A stretch of 57,265 nt of DNA, counting the filler, from Sphacelaria rigidula (Eukaryota), in the NCBI GenBank assembly GCA_964200075.2. It is 7 parts of 7 records of this genome, joined end to end, with 100 filler letters (N's around TTAATTAATTAA, not from the genome) between each part and the next. Parts side by side here need not be neighbours in the genome. Positions count along the whole stretch, not along the records: positions 1 to 8,095 come from CAXNAA020012317.1; positions 8,196 to 16,290 come from CAXNAA020012318.1; 5 more parts are not named here. One strand, given 5' to 3'. This document shows positions 1-13,807 of the stretch, one piece after another; within the stretch, counting starts at the first letter, position 1, and each line of letters begins with the position of its first letter. The position numbers and the translations under genes were made by a program. The notes beneath the pieces were generated by a model, which was not told the origin of the DNA, made no database searches, and worked only from the letters and a program-made list of their open reading frames with translations.

Positions 1-77
1 CGCTCCGGGAATCGAACCCCACAACTCAACCGTCAGAAGGAGACGAGGATACCAACTGAGCCACCGGGGCGACCGGC
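1..77 (-). mobile_element. tRNA-derived SINE head (rest lies outside the window)
   Basis: The reverse complement has a Pol III A-box (TGGCTCAGTTGG) and B-box (GGTTCGATTCC). It is homologous to 18180-18248, which is attached to a SINE body. It does not fold into a clean cloverleaf. Confidence 0.75.
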
Positions 78-240
78 AAATGCGGTACGTAATAAAACTG
101 TATTTTGTGCCGGGTCGGATGTGCAAAAAGCGTACGCCCATGCTCATGGTCGTGCAAGATGCACGTTGAGCAGAAGGTCCGTATTTTGTATTTTTGATCA
201 AAATGATCACGGTACCACGATTTCGTATGAGGTAAGAGGG

Positions 241-289
241 TCAAAGGGTATGACATTCTTACAGTAAGAATGTCATACGTACCCTTTGA
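241..289. repeat. Near-perfect 49-bp palindrome
   Basis: TCAAAGGGTATGACATTCTTAC-A-GTAAGAATGTCATA(CGTA)CCCTTTGA. Confidence 0.9.
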
Positions 290-732
290 ACAGCCGATCA
301 TCGAAATTGAGGATGGAGCTTTTCATTGAGGATGAAAAGCCGGAGAGTTGATATCTTCGTATCGATTTCAATTTCTTCCAAATATGGTCTCATTCCTCCA
401 CCTACTGGTGGCTATTGACAACCGCTACACGCCCTACAAATTTGGATTTCGATAGCCGAAATGCTGGGGTCCTAGATGGAGAAATGCTTTTCGGGAATTC
501 ACGTGATCCGATCGTATCACCGAGATTGCACGAAATTGGTTATTCACGTAGGACCCAAGCATTTCGGTTATCGACATCCAAATTTGTATGACATGTAGTA
601 CTTGTCAACAGCTATCAGTAGGTGAAGGAATGGAACCATATTTCGAAGGTCTCGTGTCGATACAAAGACTTCAATCCTCCGGGTTCTCGTCCTCAATAAA
701 AAGCTCCATCCTCAATTTCGTTTCTTGGCTGT
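290..732. mobile_element. Foldback/MITE-like element with ~200-bp imperfect inverted arms
   Basis: The left end ACAGCCGATCATCGAAATTGAGGATGGAGCTTTT mirrors the right end AAAAGCTCCATCCTCAATTTCGTTTCTTGGCTGT, and pairing continues inward. A second copy starts at 57192. Confidence 0.85.
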
Positions 733-3700
733 TTTTTGGGGGGGTCATGGTGAGGCGGTAGAGCTGTGTAATGGAAGCAAGCATTGACAACCCTCAAGCG
801 AGACTGAGCCTAGAAGTGAATTGAACTCTACATTCGTACCGGGTAAGACACGGTGAAAGACGATTTCCGTCACCGTGCAGTGGCGCCCTGTCTTGAAACG
901 TTCTGCCTTACTGCAGAGGGGGAGATCGGTGTCTAACGAACCGTAAATATGACAGCAATACGGCATAGAGCACCACGTGTCACAGTACAATGCCTGCCTG
1001 CTACAGTGGGTGCCCTGTATTGAGAAACATCAATTTGGCGTCCAGCTTCAAAGTCTCACTATGTATGCCGTCACCAGCATTGCCAGCAGAAGCTCTCACA
1101 TGTTGATTTTTTTTTCTTCTCGGCACACATTCAACCATTGTCAGAGGTTCTTGCTCTTAATTTTTTCACATGCCGCGAGTCCACATCTCACGTTGACGTG
1201 GTACAGGTCAGCCGCAATCGAAGAGTGAAACTTCAATACCATATTGCCCCTAATATTACTTTGCTGTGCGCTACTCTCTTGAGCTTCCCAACCAATAACA
1301 ATGCTGAGAACGTTGTAGGCAAACTCGGCAGAAGTTGTAACTTCCTATACCCACCACGAACGTTGTCAAAACATGAAACGGCACTCAAAGTACTCTCAAA
1401 CCCATCGTTGTTTCTTGTGATATTGTTGCCTATCTCGTCGCCTTGGTTGAGCTGTATCCCTCAATTTCTATTTCCCCCCGATATATATATATATATATAT
1501 GAACATCCTTTTCTCAAGGCAATATTTCTTAAATGCGGAGGCCAACCGTAGTAACAAACGCCACTGTAGTTGTCCTCGGCCAAGGTACGGGACGTCATTT
1601 CAACGAGAGAGCCAGCTGAATTTCTGAGTCGTGAGTTTCTTGTTGTTTTCTATGATACGAAACTATCGCCGGTTCCCCATATCTAAGCCTCTCATCGGGA
1701 GCTGGCCCCGCCAGCGGATCCCTTTTGGCCCCTCAATGGGGGCATTGCCGATACTATGCACTGAAGAATAGAAAACACCCTGCAACCGATAAAAAGAGCT
1801 ACATGGCAAACTCAACACTATTGCGATGGTTTTACACGCCTCATGACTGGATCGGAACATTGCGGCCGTTCATGACGGCCACACGTTCAGTCCTGCGCAC
1901 TGCGAGTCATCCACGTCCGACTCTAGCAGCGCCTATCCCCCCACGTACGGCAAGGTGCGTGAATGGGTACAGCACTTCGTGCAAGTGGATCGAGCATACC
2001 ATGCTACAGTCGTACGGGAACACTGTCCGAATGCCATAACATTGTACTGCGGCATTTTCATCGGTTCTTGTAGGCTTTTAAGGGTAGTGTTATGCTGACG
2101 GTGCCCTGGTCCTGCTCCAACGTTACGCGGTAAATGTACAAGTGCCGGCTGCTGCTCTCCGATGCTCCGGGCGTAATTACCTCCCCCAACCAGCCGAGGC
2201 ATAGTCCGCCACGGTGATAACCCGCTGAACTTTAGCCCGTGTAGCTGCCCTGCATTTGGGGAAATACTCGCTCGACACCATCTCGTTCCCAACCACGTGT
2301 GTTTTGGGCGATTCCACTTGAAACGACCCCGACTAGAAAATGACTTGTAGTTTGAAGTGAGTTTCGCTTACTCTGCAAATTTCGTTTGACTTGTCGCAAA
2401 AAACTGCAGCAACAATGCTCTCGGCCAACAACCCGAACTTTCGATACTTATTTTCACGAATCTTCACAGGCCATCTCGGCAAGACGAGCACTTGAATGTT
2501 CGCAACAATCTCAACTTTTCAAATCATTCCAGTGGTCGGGGCGAAAGCACGTCCGGGGACGAAATGCTTCGCAAAACTTCGAAGAGATTCATTTCAAGGC
2601 TGAACCTCATTTCCCATTTTCGAGTGTTTCGAGCTGAATCTGTCAACAGTGCCGTGTCTCCGAGAATTTTCGATTTCACCTATCGGGCTAGCGCTATCTT
2701 GGAATTGGCCATGGTACTGTGCCGCCCTGCACGTGTTTCTTGTGTGCGCCCACAGTCAAAACATTTTTTCGCGTTCAGAAGACGTCGGTTTGTTTGTCAG
2801 ACCCGAAATACTAGAAAGGTTTCTCCAACCCGCGAAAGGGCGACGTGGAGGAGTTGATGTTCCTTATCCAAGGCTGTGACCTGCCTGAGGTCCAGTGTGT
2901 TATCCGAGTTGGCACCTCTGCGACGCGATTTCTCATTTTGTGGAAGCGAAAAAGTCTTGTCTCTTGGGTGTCACTCCTTACCGTAAACCACCCGTTGAGT
3001 CCGAGATTATTTTACATGAATGCCTTGCGACTGTAGCGCGGCCGCACTGATTGTTACAATTGCAGTAGGCACAGCGTAGAGCATAGGCGCTACAGTACGG
3101 TGACAAGGGGAGCAAGCGGCCCGTGTGGGCAAGGATACTGCGCCTGACGAGCAAGGGTACGACGGGGAAGGCAACAGTAGAGAGCTCGGTGTAGACTTGG
3201 TTGGCATACAGAATGCCCTTCCTATTCCTCAACAACAAGTAGACCCTCTGGGTGCGTAGAGCGCTCTCCTATATGCTGATTGTTTGGCGTTCCAAGTGCC
3301 AGAATAACGTACTTCGTGCGGTGCGAAAAACTACTTCTGTTTTGGTGTGAGGCGATAACTACTTCGAAGTACCTATAGGTTTGGGATGGAATCAACACCT
3401 GTTTGCCTGCAGTGTGATCTGGAGTCTACTGCCCATTACTCCGTTTCAGTGTGCTATCGGTCACCACTTGACCCCCCGAACGTTGACCTTGCGAAATACC
3501 TGGTCTTCCTCGTTCTTTTTTCTGGCAAGACCCACTTGATGTCAGTGTTTTTCAAACCCCTTTTAGTTTTGATGTCGAGTTAATAATTGCTCGATTTCAG
3601 TATTGTATCTTTTCCACTTTTTGGGCATCTGAACGTTGAATTTTCCCCATAGATAGAGCGTGCAGATGTATCCGAGATACAAGTGTACGGGTACGTTTCG

Positions 3701-5631
3701 AAAGACTGGAGTCAACAAGTGATCTACCGTGAAGCGTCGTGAGCAGTATTTCGCAGGATATTTTATCCTCCGAGTGTGTCGTGCCTGGTGCCATGCATTG
3801 AACCCAACCCATACGTATGCTAGGTCAAGTTTTTGTACTATGGCTTCAATTCAGGGTGACTCAAACGCAAGTCGTCACCTGTATACGTTCGCACACAAGG
3901 ATGTGTTTTGGACTCGTGTGGCACAGACATTGGGATTCCGCCCAATGAATACTTACAGAAAAGTGTTTGTGTGGGGGGGGAGGGCGTGATGAAATTAGAC
4001 GCTGTCGATTATTTGGCTTCCCAGAGTCGTAGTAACTCTGTAGTTCCATGGCGTCTATTCCAGGTGTTTGAAGATTCATCGGCAATCATGAACACATGCA
4101 TTGGTCGACCGGGGGCAACAGCTGGTAACCGCTGCGGGGATAATTGTCCATCTAGAAAGCACTAATTGCTCATCGTGTCTTCCGAAGACTGGTGGTAGCG
4201 ACGAAGGAATGTTCCCCGCCAGGCGCTAACGAACGCCGATCAATGTCAACGACCGCTGATGGCCACCAACGATCAATATGAGTAACCCACCATGGGCTTA
4301 CTAACGCCGGTCTCCTTGGCCGACCGCTGATTGTCGCCAACGACTAATATGGGTCGCCGCTAAGAAACATTTGTGTCGACCAGGTGCGAAGTAAACACAG
4401 TGCTCCGCAACAACTATCTATGGTGTACGATGGAAATTATCCTGCGTAATACATGGGGATTAAAGATACTTCAGTTCGCTAAGAGCTCACAAAAAAACGA
4501 AGCGACGCGGAGCGACAACAAGAGACTATGTTCCAGCACAAGCACTACTGTAGGATAACGAGCACATGGTGCAGAGGAGGTTTGGCAACACATTTCACCT
4601 GCTAAAGAAGGGCTCACCAAACACGGTATTCTTCGAGGGACTGCTATGTTGCACAATCAGCATCATTGGTGAAGCAGACGATACTAGGTATTCCTATGCC
4701 CCCGGGGGCTGAGCAAACACAGTGTTCCCGAAGGACCGCCCATGAAAACAGGCCATATCTGGGGTAGTGGTAAAATCTCGACCGGCAGGTCGCTAAGCAC
4801 GGAGCTTTAGCACAATGGCTGGTGGCAACGAAACTAGCGTTTAAAATACATTCACCATATTCTATTGTTAGCCAAGGGATACTCAACAAAGACTTGCCGA
4901 AAGGCTGCTGATGTGTACACCCGTCGATGTTGTTTTTCTTTGCCAAGGTGCCAAGGTCAGCATGGATGGGAAAATCCTGATAAGCGGGGGAAATCCCATC
5001 CTTGAGAGGGGAGCCTCTCTCACTCCCTTTTGAACACTCATGTACGATGGTGTCAAATATGTCTTCCTTGCAACCCAGAAAACTGGTGAACAATGGAATC
5101 CCAAGACGAAAATGGCCGCACTTAAAGTTCCTCAAAAGCTCAGAGATCCTCGCAAGAGAGCGCGAGACTCCAACTTCGCTAGAAGCCCCTCCACGAATTG
5201 GTCAATAGTTGCGGAAGTGAAGTTCATGGGGAGGAACAACTCTTCGACAAATTCTGGCGTATACCTCGCTGGGTCTCGGGCCCATGCGCCTTGGTCCCTA
5301 TGTGAACTGGCGCCTATCCTATTGGGTAATGAGACCGCACGCCTTGGTTTTTCCATCAACTACGACACAAACCCATGGGTTTAATACAAGGCATACATAC
5401 TGCACATGCATTTCACACGCGACTTAAAAAAAGTATGCATTCCGTACGCGTCAATCAAAGCATGAAGTTCGTACCCGACCCTCAAACACACACAATATTT
5501 ACCATAGTTGCCTCCCTGAAACCCGCATCTCCTAGACCCTGGTGAGCAATAGTGCCCCTGCTGTACAGCAAGCTTCGTTTAATCTCCATGTTCGGGTGTC
5601 AGACGGTCGAGACGTCGACGTGAAAGCTTCC

Positions 5632-7818
5632 TCAAGCCTCCACCCTCACAACGCACTCGCCAGAACGATTATCGCCATCATACCCCTGGCCCTTTTGCTT
5701 CGCTCCGCGAAAGTGTTTCCAAAAGATGTAACCTATGGGCAATAGCTGAGAGACACCGCTGCGAGCCCAGGGAGCAGGGCGCTTCTTTAAACAGGATGGA
5801 GTGGCTGGCGCTTCTGTGGGGTGATGAAGATGCCAGAGAGCGTGAATAGCGTCAATCGTTAAGGGGGGAAATATTTCCCGGGGTCCACTCTCGAGCAGCC
5901 ATCCTGAGACCTCTTCGTTTGGTGTCTTCCCTTTACATTCCCGCCCTTTAGTGCTTGAGAAGTAGTAGTTTTCTCGCAAATGTTCCCAGGTGACGAAGGC
6001 GGGGTTCCGATGGGATTTATCAGTCGCCTTCCAGTCTGGTCCCCACATCTGTTGGGTGACCTCGTCTGTTGGGAAGTGTCTCAAATGAGGTGGGCAAATA
6101 TGAAAGGTGTTCACTTCCGAGAGAGCTACTCTACACGCGCGATGTCTATGGCCCTGCGTGATTACTTCGATAATGAGCCCCGTAATCAATACTTCCTTCA
6201 CTTTCCAGCGGTCCTGTGTACCTTTCGGGTTGCAGCTTCCTTCCACCACCATCGCGGTTCAACGCATTGTCTGCTTTTTGTATCGTCACCAGATCCCCCT
6301 CCTTAATTTACACCCCGGCGGAAGGCCTTGTGATGATGGCGCTCAATTTTGTGCGAACTGCCCATTTCTCGGCTTGTCGTCTTTCCAGCGCTAGACGTAC
6401 TTTTCTGCAGTTTTGCTTGCTCTGTTCGACGAAGGCATCGAGACCTTTGCTCGATTTTGTCTCATGGAATCTGATGGGATAGAGGCATGCGCGAATCTAG
6501 ACGGATGCGAGTCTTGCGGCCGAACAAGAGCTCCAAGAGCGACATATCAGAAGGCAGTGCAACGTCGGGCAACGTACGTTTCATCCAGAGCAAGAGTGAT
6601 CCATATTCACCCCATCTCTAGGGCCACGATCTGCACGGTTCTGCTAGCATATGGAGAAACCCTTCCCCCAAACTCTCGACCGCTCCTTGACTCCTGGGGT
6701 GATCCGAGGATCCAAAGCGTAATGCCTGTTTTCAGCCACCTACACAGGTGTGTCTGTTTTCTGTGTGTCACCACCTCAGCCGTGATTCCCTTTCCTCACA
6801 CAACGAATTTTCCACGGTACATCGAACCTCAAGCATAGTTCGACGAGGATACGAGCTGCACTTACGGCTTGTTTAGTCGAGATAGGGACGCCGAATAGGG
6901 ATTCAGAATCGCGATCTGCAGCCAAGAATACGTACACAGTTGCTCGACAGTGGTGGCGTATCTATTGCGAGCAGGCCCATCTCCGACCCTTTCCATGAAC
7001 CTACAGCGCGCCAGGAGGTCATGATAATCCTGCGGCTACCCGCCCACTTTCTCCTCCTGCAACCACATGGCAGCATATACTGTCTGATGTCTTTGACCGC
7101 TGATGGCCAGTGAAAGCGATCTTAGATTAGAGAGAGTGTCGCACCTACTCCTGCATGAAAGTCCCAAGGAGGAACCAACGCTAACATATTGCGTATCATG
7201 ATAGTTGGAATAGCTAGCAGCTGTTTGCCATCCCTCTTCGTGAACCACATCTCACTCTGCCCATCGATCCCGTCCCCATATACCGCGTGAATACCTGTCA
7301 CACCTTCTGCCTCTTTTCCCCCAGCCTCGCTCGAATCTGTTCCAGAAGGGTTTGTCGTCTTGCTGGCGTTTCTGGTTTGCAGCGTTGGTGAGTGTCCGCG
7401 CTGCCCGGTCGTCTGATGTTGCGCCTGTGGGCGTTTGCTCCGAAGCCGCTATATTGTACACACCTCCCCCTGCGGTGAGCGCGTCCCCCACTTCTTCGCG
7501 CTCACTGATGAATGGTGGGATGATGAGTGTTGGATCCCTACTGTAGATGGGACCTCAATAGGTGTTGGGGCTGGTGACGGTCGGAGGTCCATCTGTACAT
7601 CAAGCCCGGGGTAGCATGGCTGAAAACTCCGACAAGCCTTTCCTGTTCAGCTGGGGACCTCGGAGGCCTTCGGCTTCGGATGATGCACGTGAGGTGAAGC
7701 CATCAGGCAATGAATCGTTCGTATTGGCTTCCGGTTCCTGTTCGTGTGAGAGGGATCGCATGGGATCAGAAAGCACGCCTTGAATCCCCTCTCGCCATCG
7801 GAGGTCCATTCTAAACAC
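5632..7818 (-). pseudogene. Possible decayed long ORF of unknown identity (TE- or virus-derived?)
   Basis: ORFs 7600-7818, 7252-7491, 7036-7248 and 5632-6252 share one minus-strand frame, and two of them are separated by a single stop. No recognisable domain. Confidence 0.3.
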
Positions 7819-8095
7819 AATGAGCGGAAAGGCTCATCTGTGAACCTTGGGGCACCTGTCACGGCTTCGAAACAACGACGTTAGCGCTGAGCGATCCGTG
7901 GCAAATCTAATCTTTCTTGCAGACAAGTAATGTCGAAATTGTTGATTTCCCGAAATTACTCCCATGCATTCCCCTCAGAAGATCGCGAGTCTGTGCGCAG
8001 AAACATATGATTCGCACATATGGTAGGGCGTGTGTCATCTACTGGTTGGAGGAGTGCAACACCTGCCCCTATATGAATAGCGTCGGTCTGCAGCT

Positions 8096-8195
8096 NNNNN
8101 NNNNNNNNNNNNNNNNNNNNNNNNNNNNNNNNNNNNNNNTTAATTAATTAANNNNNNNNNNNNNNNNNNNNNNNNNNNNNNNNNNNNNNNNNNNN
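8096..8195. other. Artificial contig linker
   Basis: 44 N + TTAATTAATTAA (stops in all six frames) + 44 N. Confidence 0.99.
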
Positions 8196-8588
8196 CTTAA
8201 GCATAAACGCGCTTCCGGAAATGAAGACACTCCCCAGAATGAAGGCGTTTCTCAGGACGAAGGCATTTCTAAGAATGAAGGAGGTTCCCATAGTGAAGGT
8301 GCTTTCCCCAACGACGGCGCTCCCCATAATGAAGGCGATAGGAAGCCCGGCACCGCCAAACGCAAAATCGACCTGAATGGAAGAACCAGTCTCCAGTGCC
8401 TCGAAAAGTTGCTCGGACTGTCAGAGAGGGCTCAGAAAGATGACGAGCTCGTGGAGAAGATTTTGTCGTTTGGGATAGTCACAAAAGTCAAGACTCTTGC
8501 GTCGGAGCTCACAGGGGAAGACTTGCTTGTGCCCCTCGCTAAATCGCTGGCAACACGGCAGCACTGCCTCTTTGGGATCTTGGCATGA
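8196..8588 (+). CDS. 5'-truncated open frame (130 aa) with a 7x hexapeptide repeat; unknown protein or pseudogene
   Basis: Stop-free from the segment start: LKHKRASG NEDTPQ NEGVSQ DEGISK NEGGSH SEGAFP NDGAPH NEGDRK PGTAKRKIDLNGRTSLQCLEKLLGLSERAQKDDELVEKILSFGIVTKVKTLASELTGEDLLVPLAKSLATRQHCLFGILA*. Not in the ORF track. Confidence 0.5.
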   Translation, partial: LKHKRASGNEDTPQNEGVSQDEGISKNEGGSHSEGAFPNDGAPHNEGDRKPGTAKRKIDLNGRTSLQCLEKLLGLSERAQKDDELVEKILSFGIVTKVKTLASELTGEDLLVPLAKSLATRQHCLFGILA

Positions 8589-10541
8589 ATGCATGCTGGG
8601 AGGTTCGGCTTGTATGTGCCTGGAAATTACTTGTCCAGTGGATGTATCCACTGTAAAATATACTCAACACCCTGAGGGGGTGAGCGCGGGACGGGCGCGG
8701 GCCAACAACGAAACCGTAGGAGCTGATGTCTTGCTGTATTCTTGAGTGGATTTATGGCGTAGGAAGTATGCTGTATACCGAGGGAGTGGGGAGCAGGCAT
8801 TGGGGCACCCTCATATAGGTTTCGACTTCATGGAAATATCGATATAATAAGCAGTCTAGGGACGAATGTAAATCGAGGGATGCACGCGACTAGTGCAATC
8901 TCTGTGTCATTAAGGTCTGGGCAAATGCGATTTGCTTCCACGTTCGCATGCACGGTCTCCGCTTCTCTGAAGACGCCAAGATATCGACAGTTACAATGGC
9001 AACCTGTCCAAATTGCATTAATGTAAGTGGTTCATACAGATCCTTCGCCAAATCCAGTTTTGGCATCACGTGAACAAAAAAGTGCAACCCTATCGTAGCA
9101 CGACTCAGGACTCGTTAATACCCATGTCTGCGAATAAGATGACATCGTCGACGTTATGGACATCGAAATCATAATAAAATTGTTCTAAGGGCAGCCGAAT
9201 CGTCGCGTGTGGCGCGAGCGGTTGCAATGCCAGTGCAGTTGGAGAGACAGGTTTAACTCTTCATCTCTGAAAACTAAACACTTCAGTCGAATAGTCTGTA
9301 TTGGATGCCAGCCTCGACCTTCAGAGGTGTAGCATGCATGGTGGCAGCCAAGACTACACACACTCTGAATCTGAAAAATAAATCTGAAAAACTTTTTCAC
9401 TCTAAAATGTTGCCACTCAATCCTTCCAGTCGGACTCTTGGACCAAAAAACACCTTCCTGAACTCTCGTGTATGAAGCGTTCATTGATGTGGATGTCATG
9501 GTTTGACAGTATTTGTCGTACGGATCGTAGGGGAACACGTTTCGCTAAGATGGGACAGCCCCTTCATCCATCCCGGACTACTCTCTTCTTTCGCAGTCAA
9601 CCAAGCCTGTTACTTTGTTATTCGTTTCGGCGTCAATGATCAACCAACCGTTTGTGTCTGTGGTCGGCGAGGGGAATCGCCAAGTGAATCCTACCTCTTT
9701 GCCTGTTCTTTCACCACTCACTTCTTGAGTAACACTGTGCAGGCTTCCATGAGCTCTTGCGTTTGAGCAGATTTCGCGGTGTGACCCTTTTGCTCATCGC
9801 ACGTGTGACTGCATCGCGGTGTGCATACTTTATACACAAGCCACCATAGCCTCGTGTCTGCAGTACTAGCAATGTTCCACTGAAGTTGGATTTATCTATG
9901 TCACAACGAGTCATTGTGTCTCACCGCTCGTCCGGCAGGTGAGTATTGACGGGCAGTGAACCTCCCGTATGTCCGATCAGCTGTCGCAGACGATTACGTC
10001 CTGCGGACGAAGGCTGACGACTGCTTCCCTTACCGCAGAGTCAGCGCTGTGTGCGGTGGAAAATTTAATCGGCGTATATCCCACGCCCGCATCTGCGTCG
10101 AGTGCGTAGTGGTTCATGCACATCGGGAGGATGCGTGTAGTAAGAGAAATGAAGGTGGAGATCAAAGGGTACTCTAATGACAAATGATAGCAAGAGGGAG
10201 GATGCGGACGTCACAGTGATGGGTGTCGGTCATTTCTTTAGCGATAAAGTCACAAGGCATGTTGTTTTTCGAACAAGCAGCAGCGGGTGGTGTTGGAACG
10301 CACTCAGCATTATACCGTCCGGCTTGTTGCTGGTCGGCGGGTGTCTGCGCTGCGCCGGTGTATAGCGGGCTGCACTGTATGACACGTTAAGGGATTAAGC
10401 CCACTCCTATCGTGCACTCGACCTCGTCTCACCCCTCCATTTCCTCTTCGTACTGTGCCCACACCAGGTATTTCCGTTCCGCAGAGGCAAGACAGTGTCT
10501 ACCAACGTGTGGGATTCAAGGACGAACGGGACATCGATAGG

Positions 10542-13500
10542 CTATTGCTTACCTGAGGCCGTTGTCGTCGTATTGTGACCGGTTGCCTCCTTCGTCGTGA
10601 TGTGCATGGCGCCATCGTCTTCTCCTGCTTCGTCTTCCTCAGCGTCTCCTCCTCCGGTCATGGCCTTGCATGCGCGTCTGACGCGATCTCGTTCTGCATC
10701 TGATAGAAACAGCTCGTCGTTGACGCGATCAGCAGAGTTGACGCTCAGTAACGATGACACGAACGGACCCTTCCTCAGATGCCGTGCAACAGTGTCAAAA
10801 TCCGCGGCTGCCTTCTTCCTTGTGTTCCTGCGTCCACTGTGTGCAGCCGCGTGCATTATTCCCATTACTATGAATATCACGCCGTTCATCCTCGATTTCA
10901 GGTTCGTTTGCTCCCCTCCCTTTCTACTCGATGGTGGCATAAGCTGTGTAGGGGTGGAAATTTGTCGTTTGGCAGCAGTGGAAGGACGAGCTGTATTGAC
11001 TGGATCCGGGGTTCTGTTTATTAGCGATCCACTGACGGCAGCGCTTGCCGTAGCAGATAAGTGTAGCATGGGCAGCGCGCAAACATTTCGCACGGACATT
11101 CTGCCGAACGATCTCTTGTCCTTGAAATCTTGTCTATACAACCTTAGGACTGGATCTCATGAGCCCTTCCGCGACGAGCTCTGGCGCTTTTGCCGTTCTC
11201 GATACTCTCTGAGTCGATGAATTATATGCGCAACGGTCATCCTACGGTAAGATGGGAGTACTTCGGAGTATTTCGGGACGCTTTATTCCACCACATAGTA
11301 CTGGCTACCGTCGCTGGAAGCTGCTACGGTTGTTCGAATGCTGTCGCTGTACATGAAGATGGATCGTTTACACTACTACACACCGCTTGCACCCGGAAAC
11401 CAGCGCACTGCGAGTGTCTGATGTCGGCGAAAGCACACATGAACCAATTTCCTCGTGGAATCGAACACCCCCTACGCGCCTATCGTAACAGGACTCTCAA
11501 CCGATATCACACTCTGCGTTATCCTGTACTCACAAACTCGGTGATCGTCAACATATCGAACTGGATCAGATCTGCCGTCACGGCGATGTGCGCCTCTTCA
11601 TTAATCCCCATGGTGAAGTTTGACTTGTTGCTGGCGCGTCTATCCTTCGATTCTGCCCGCCCTTGATTCTTTTGGAGCTCTTTGGACTTGACGTTGCACA
11701 GGTGCCCTTTAAAGGGCCCTCGCATGACCCCCTCCAACCTTGCCATGGCCGCCTTCCCATCTATTTCTTTCACCGTTTTATGGGTGATCATTCCACGAAT
11801 CTGACGGGCGAAAGAGTACGAGGCGCTTTCTTCCTCGCCTACACGCTTCATTGTTCCCCCTCCACCGTGTCTGCCATCATCGACGTGAGGCATGTCATCA
11901 GTCCCCGATTCCAATGCTGCCTGGGCCTCCGCCTCCAGAAAGTCTTTTTTGAATGTGTCCTCTCGTCGAAGCCCCTGCAGGAGGCTCCATCCTAGGCCGC
12001 GGAGTATTTGGATTGGCTTCGTCTGTTACGCCCACATCAGGGCCTGTCTCCCCACTCCCTGCTCGCAAATGATTCGGCGGAGGTTGTCGCTGAGCTGCGA
12101 CTGTTTGTCGAGGCCAAAAAGGGCCCCCCACGCGGCGAGGTTTGCTGTTAAAGGAGATCCCTGCCGAGGTTTTGGGGGCAGTTTCAGGCGCAGGATGAAT
12201 CGGCCGAAGTTTGAATCGATAGGGGGGTGGGGTGGGGAAACAAAAGCTGGTTATCGACGATGGCGGTGTCAATCCTCAACAGCCGTCAAGTACTCTATCG
12301 GTTGTGAGAACGGTAAGCACTACGCAATATCTTGTGACTTCAGGAGTCGTGAGATCTTCCCCGACCCCGATCGGACAGATTGGAAAAAGCGGTGAACAAC
12401 ATCTTCGTGATGATGCGAGTGTGGGTCACGTTGGATAGTGAGATGCAATCAATCAGTGAGTATATCGTTTCCACCTCGACGAGCCCCTCCACGGCGCCAG
12501 ATATACTTCCTGTCATAGGTCGCCACCAGCACCCTTCGTATCCTTGAGTAAGATATTAAATGTGCAGCTGTGAACATACACCAGCCTTGGTGCAGGAGAG
12601 CACACGCGGGACGATGTACTCGCTGAAACAAACGGAATATTCAAACTCACTCTTGTTCAGCGCTCTGCTCTCAATCTCACATGGAGTATCTGCTTCCACA
12701 TACCCTACGCGACTCGATCCGCCGTACCTTGCCAATAGAATCTTCGCTCTCGAGGCGAGCCTGCCCCACATTTGTCAGAGGCCACGTTTTGTCGTGACAA
12801 CTCAAGATGTACGCGAGAGTGACCAAAGGTCTCACATCTGCAATCTTTTTCGGTTTCGCGTCCTTGCCGGAGAGGACGTAGTCCAGTAGGTATTGCGCCG
12901 CGTAATCCGTGACGCGTTTCGCGTTAAGCTCGGTCCTTTCCTGACCCTTAGAATATGTCCCTTCAGGTGGTGGAGTTGGGAGCATGATCGCCCTCCACTC
13001 TTGGCCTATGATTTCTTCCATCTGAGAGGAACATATCTTCTCCGTCGGGAAATTTATCTGTCTTACGATCGGACCTGTGACCCCCATAGCTGACCATCGT
13101 CCAGGTTTCTGCGGGAATGACGACGGGATGATTGACAGACGCGGTGGCGGAATCGTGCGTGTTAGTCGTAAAGAATTGTCCATCACATCGGTGTACAGAT
13201 GTTGTGAATGGCCGCATGCGTGTGTAGCTTTGAGTATCAACAAATTTCAAACCTACCGAATAAAATGCGATGTGCAGGCGGTGACCGGCGGAAGGCGCAG
13301 GTAAACGACAGACGTCTGTCGTGGCACAGGCGGATCGCGTCGATGGGTTGCGTATCCGAGAACGAATGTCTGCACCTCGCTTGTATGTGTCGCTACGAGT
13401 TCTTCACTCGTCTTCTGACACTCCGGTGTGGGCTGACGGCAACCATTATACGAGACTTATTTCGTGTGCGATTGGCGGCTGCCGGCAGCTGGTTTCTCCT

Positions 13501-13807
13501 CAGAATGGCAATCTACACTCAGCGTGTTCATTGACGTCGAGGAGAAATGGATCGCGGCATTCGCAATACTGAGTAATACTGCATCGAGTCCCATTGTCGG
13601 ATGATGGTGGTCTGATTCCCGAAACGGCCGTCTACATGTCACGTTTCCAATGTTGAAATTGGTTGTTGCTGGTCCATGAGCGAGGGTGAGATTGCGGCGG
13701 CCGCGAAACAACACTTGTTGCGCGTGGCATTTGCGGATCGCGTCGGCGGGTTGCCTCTCGATACTTCTTTTGACTTTTCGTGTAGCCATAGTTTTTGCTT
13801 GTTTCAA
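10542..13807 (-). pseudogene. Decayed, frameshifted coding region, product unknown
   Basis: Chain of protein-like ORFs. 13457-13807, 12677-13243 and 11519-11914 share one frame; 11898-12272 and 10542-11141 share another; 12556-12771 bridges them. The region has few repeats. Confidence 0.45.

Noticed and set aside
1..77. Functional tRNA gene
   Set aside because: It has A/B boxes but a poor T-stem and anticodon stem, and the homolog at 18180-18248 is attached to a SINE body.
8096..8195. Recurrent TTAATTAATTAA as a biological motif or piggyBac target
   Set aside because: It is always centred in identical N runs at fixed spacing, so it is a synthetic linker. ORFs reading through the Ns are artefacts.
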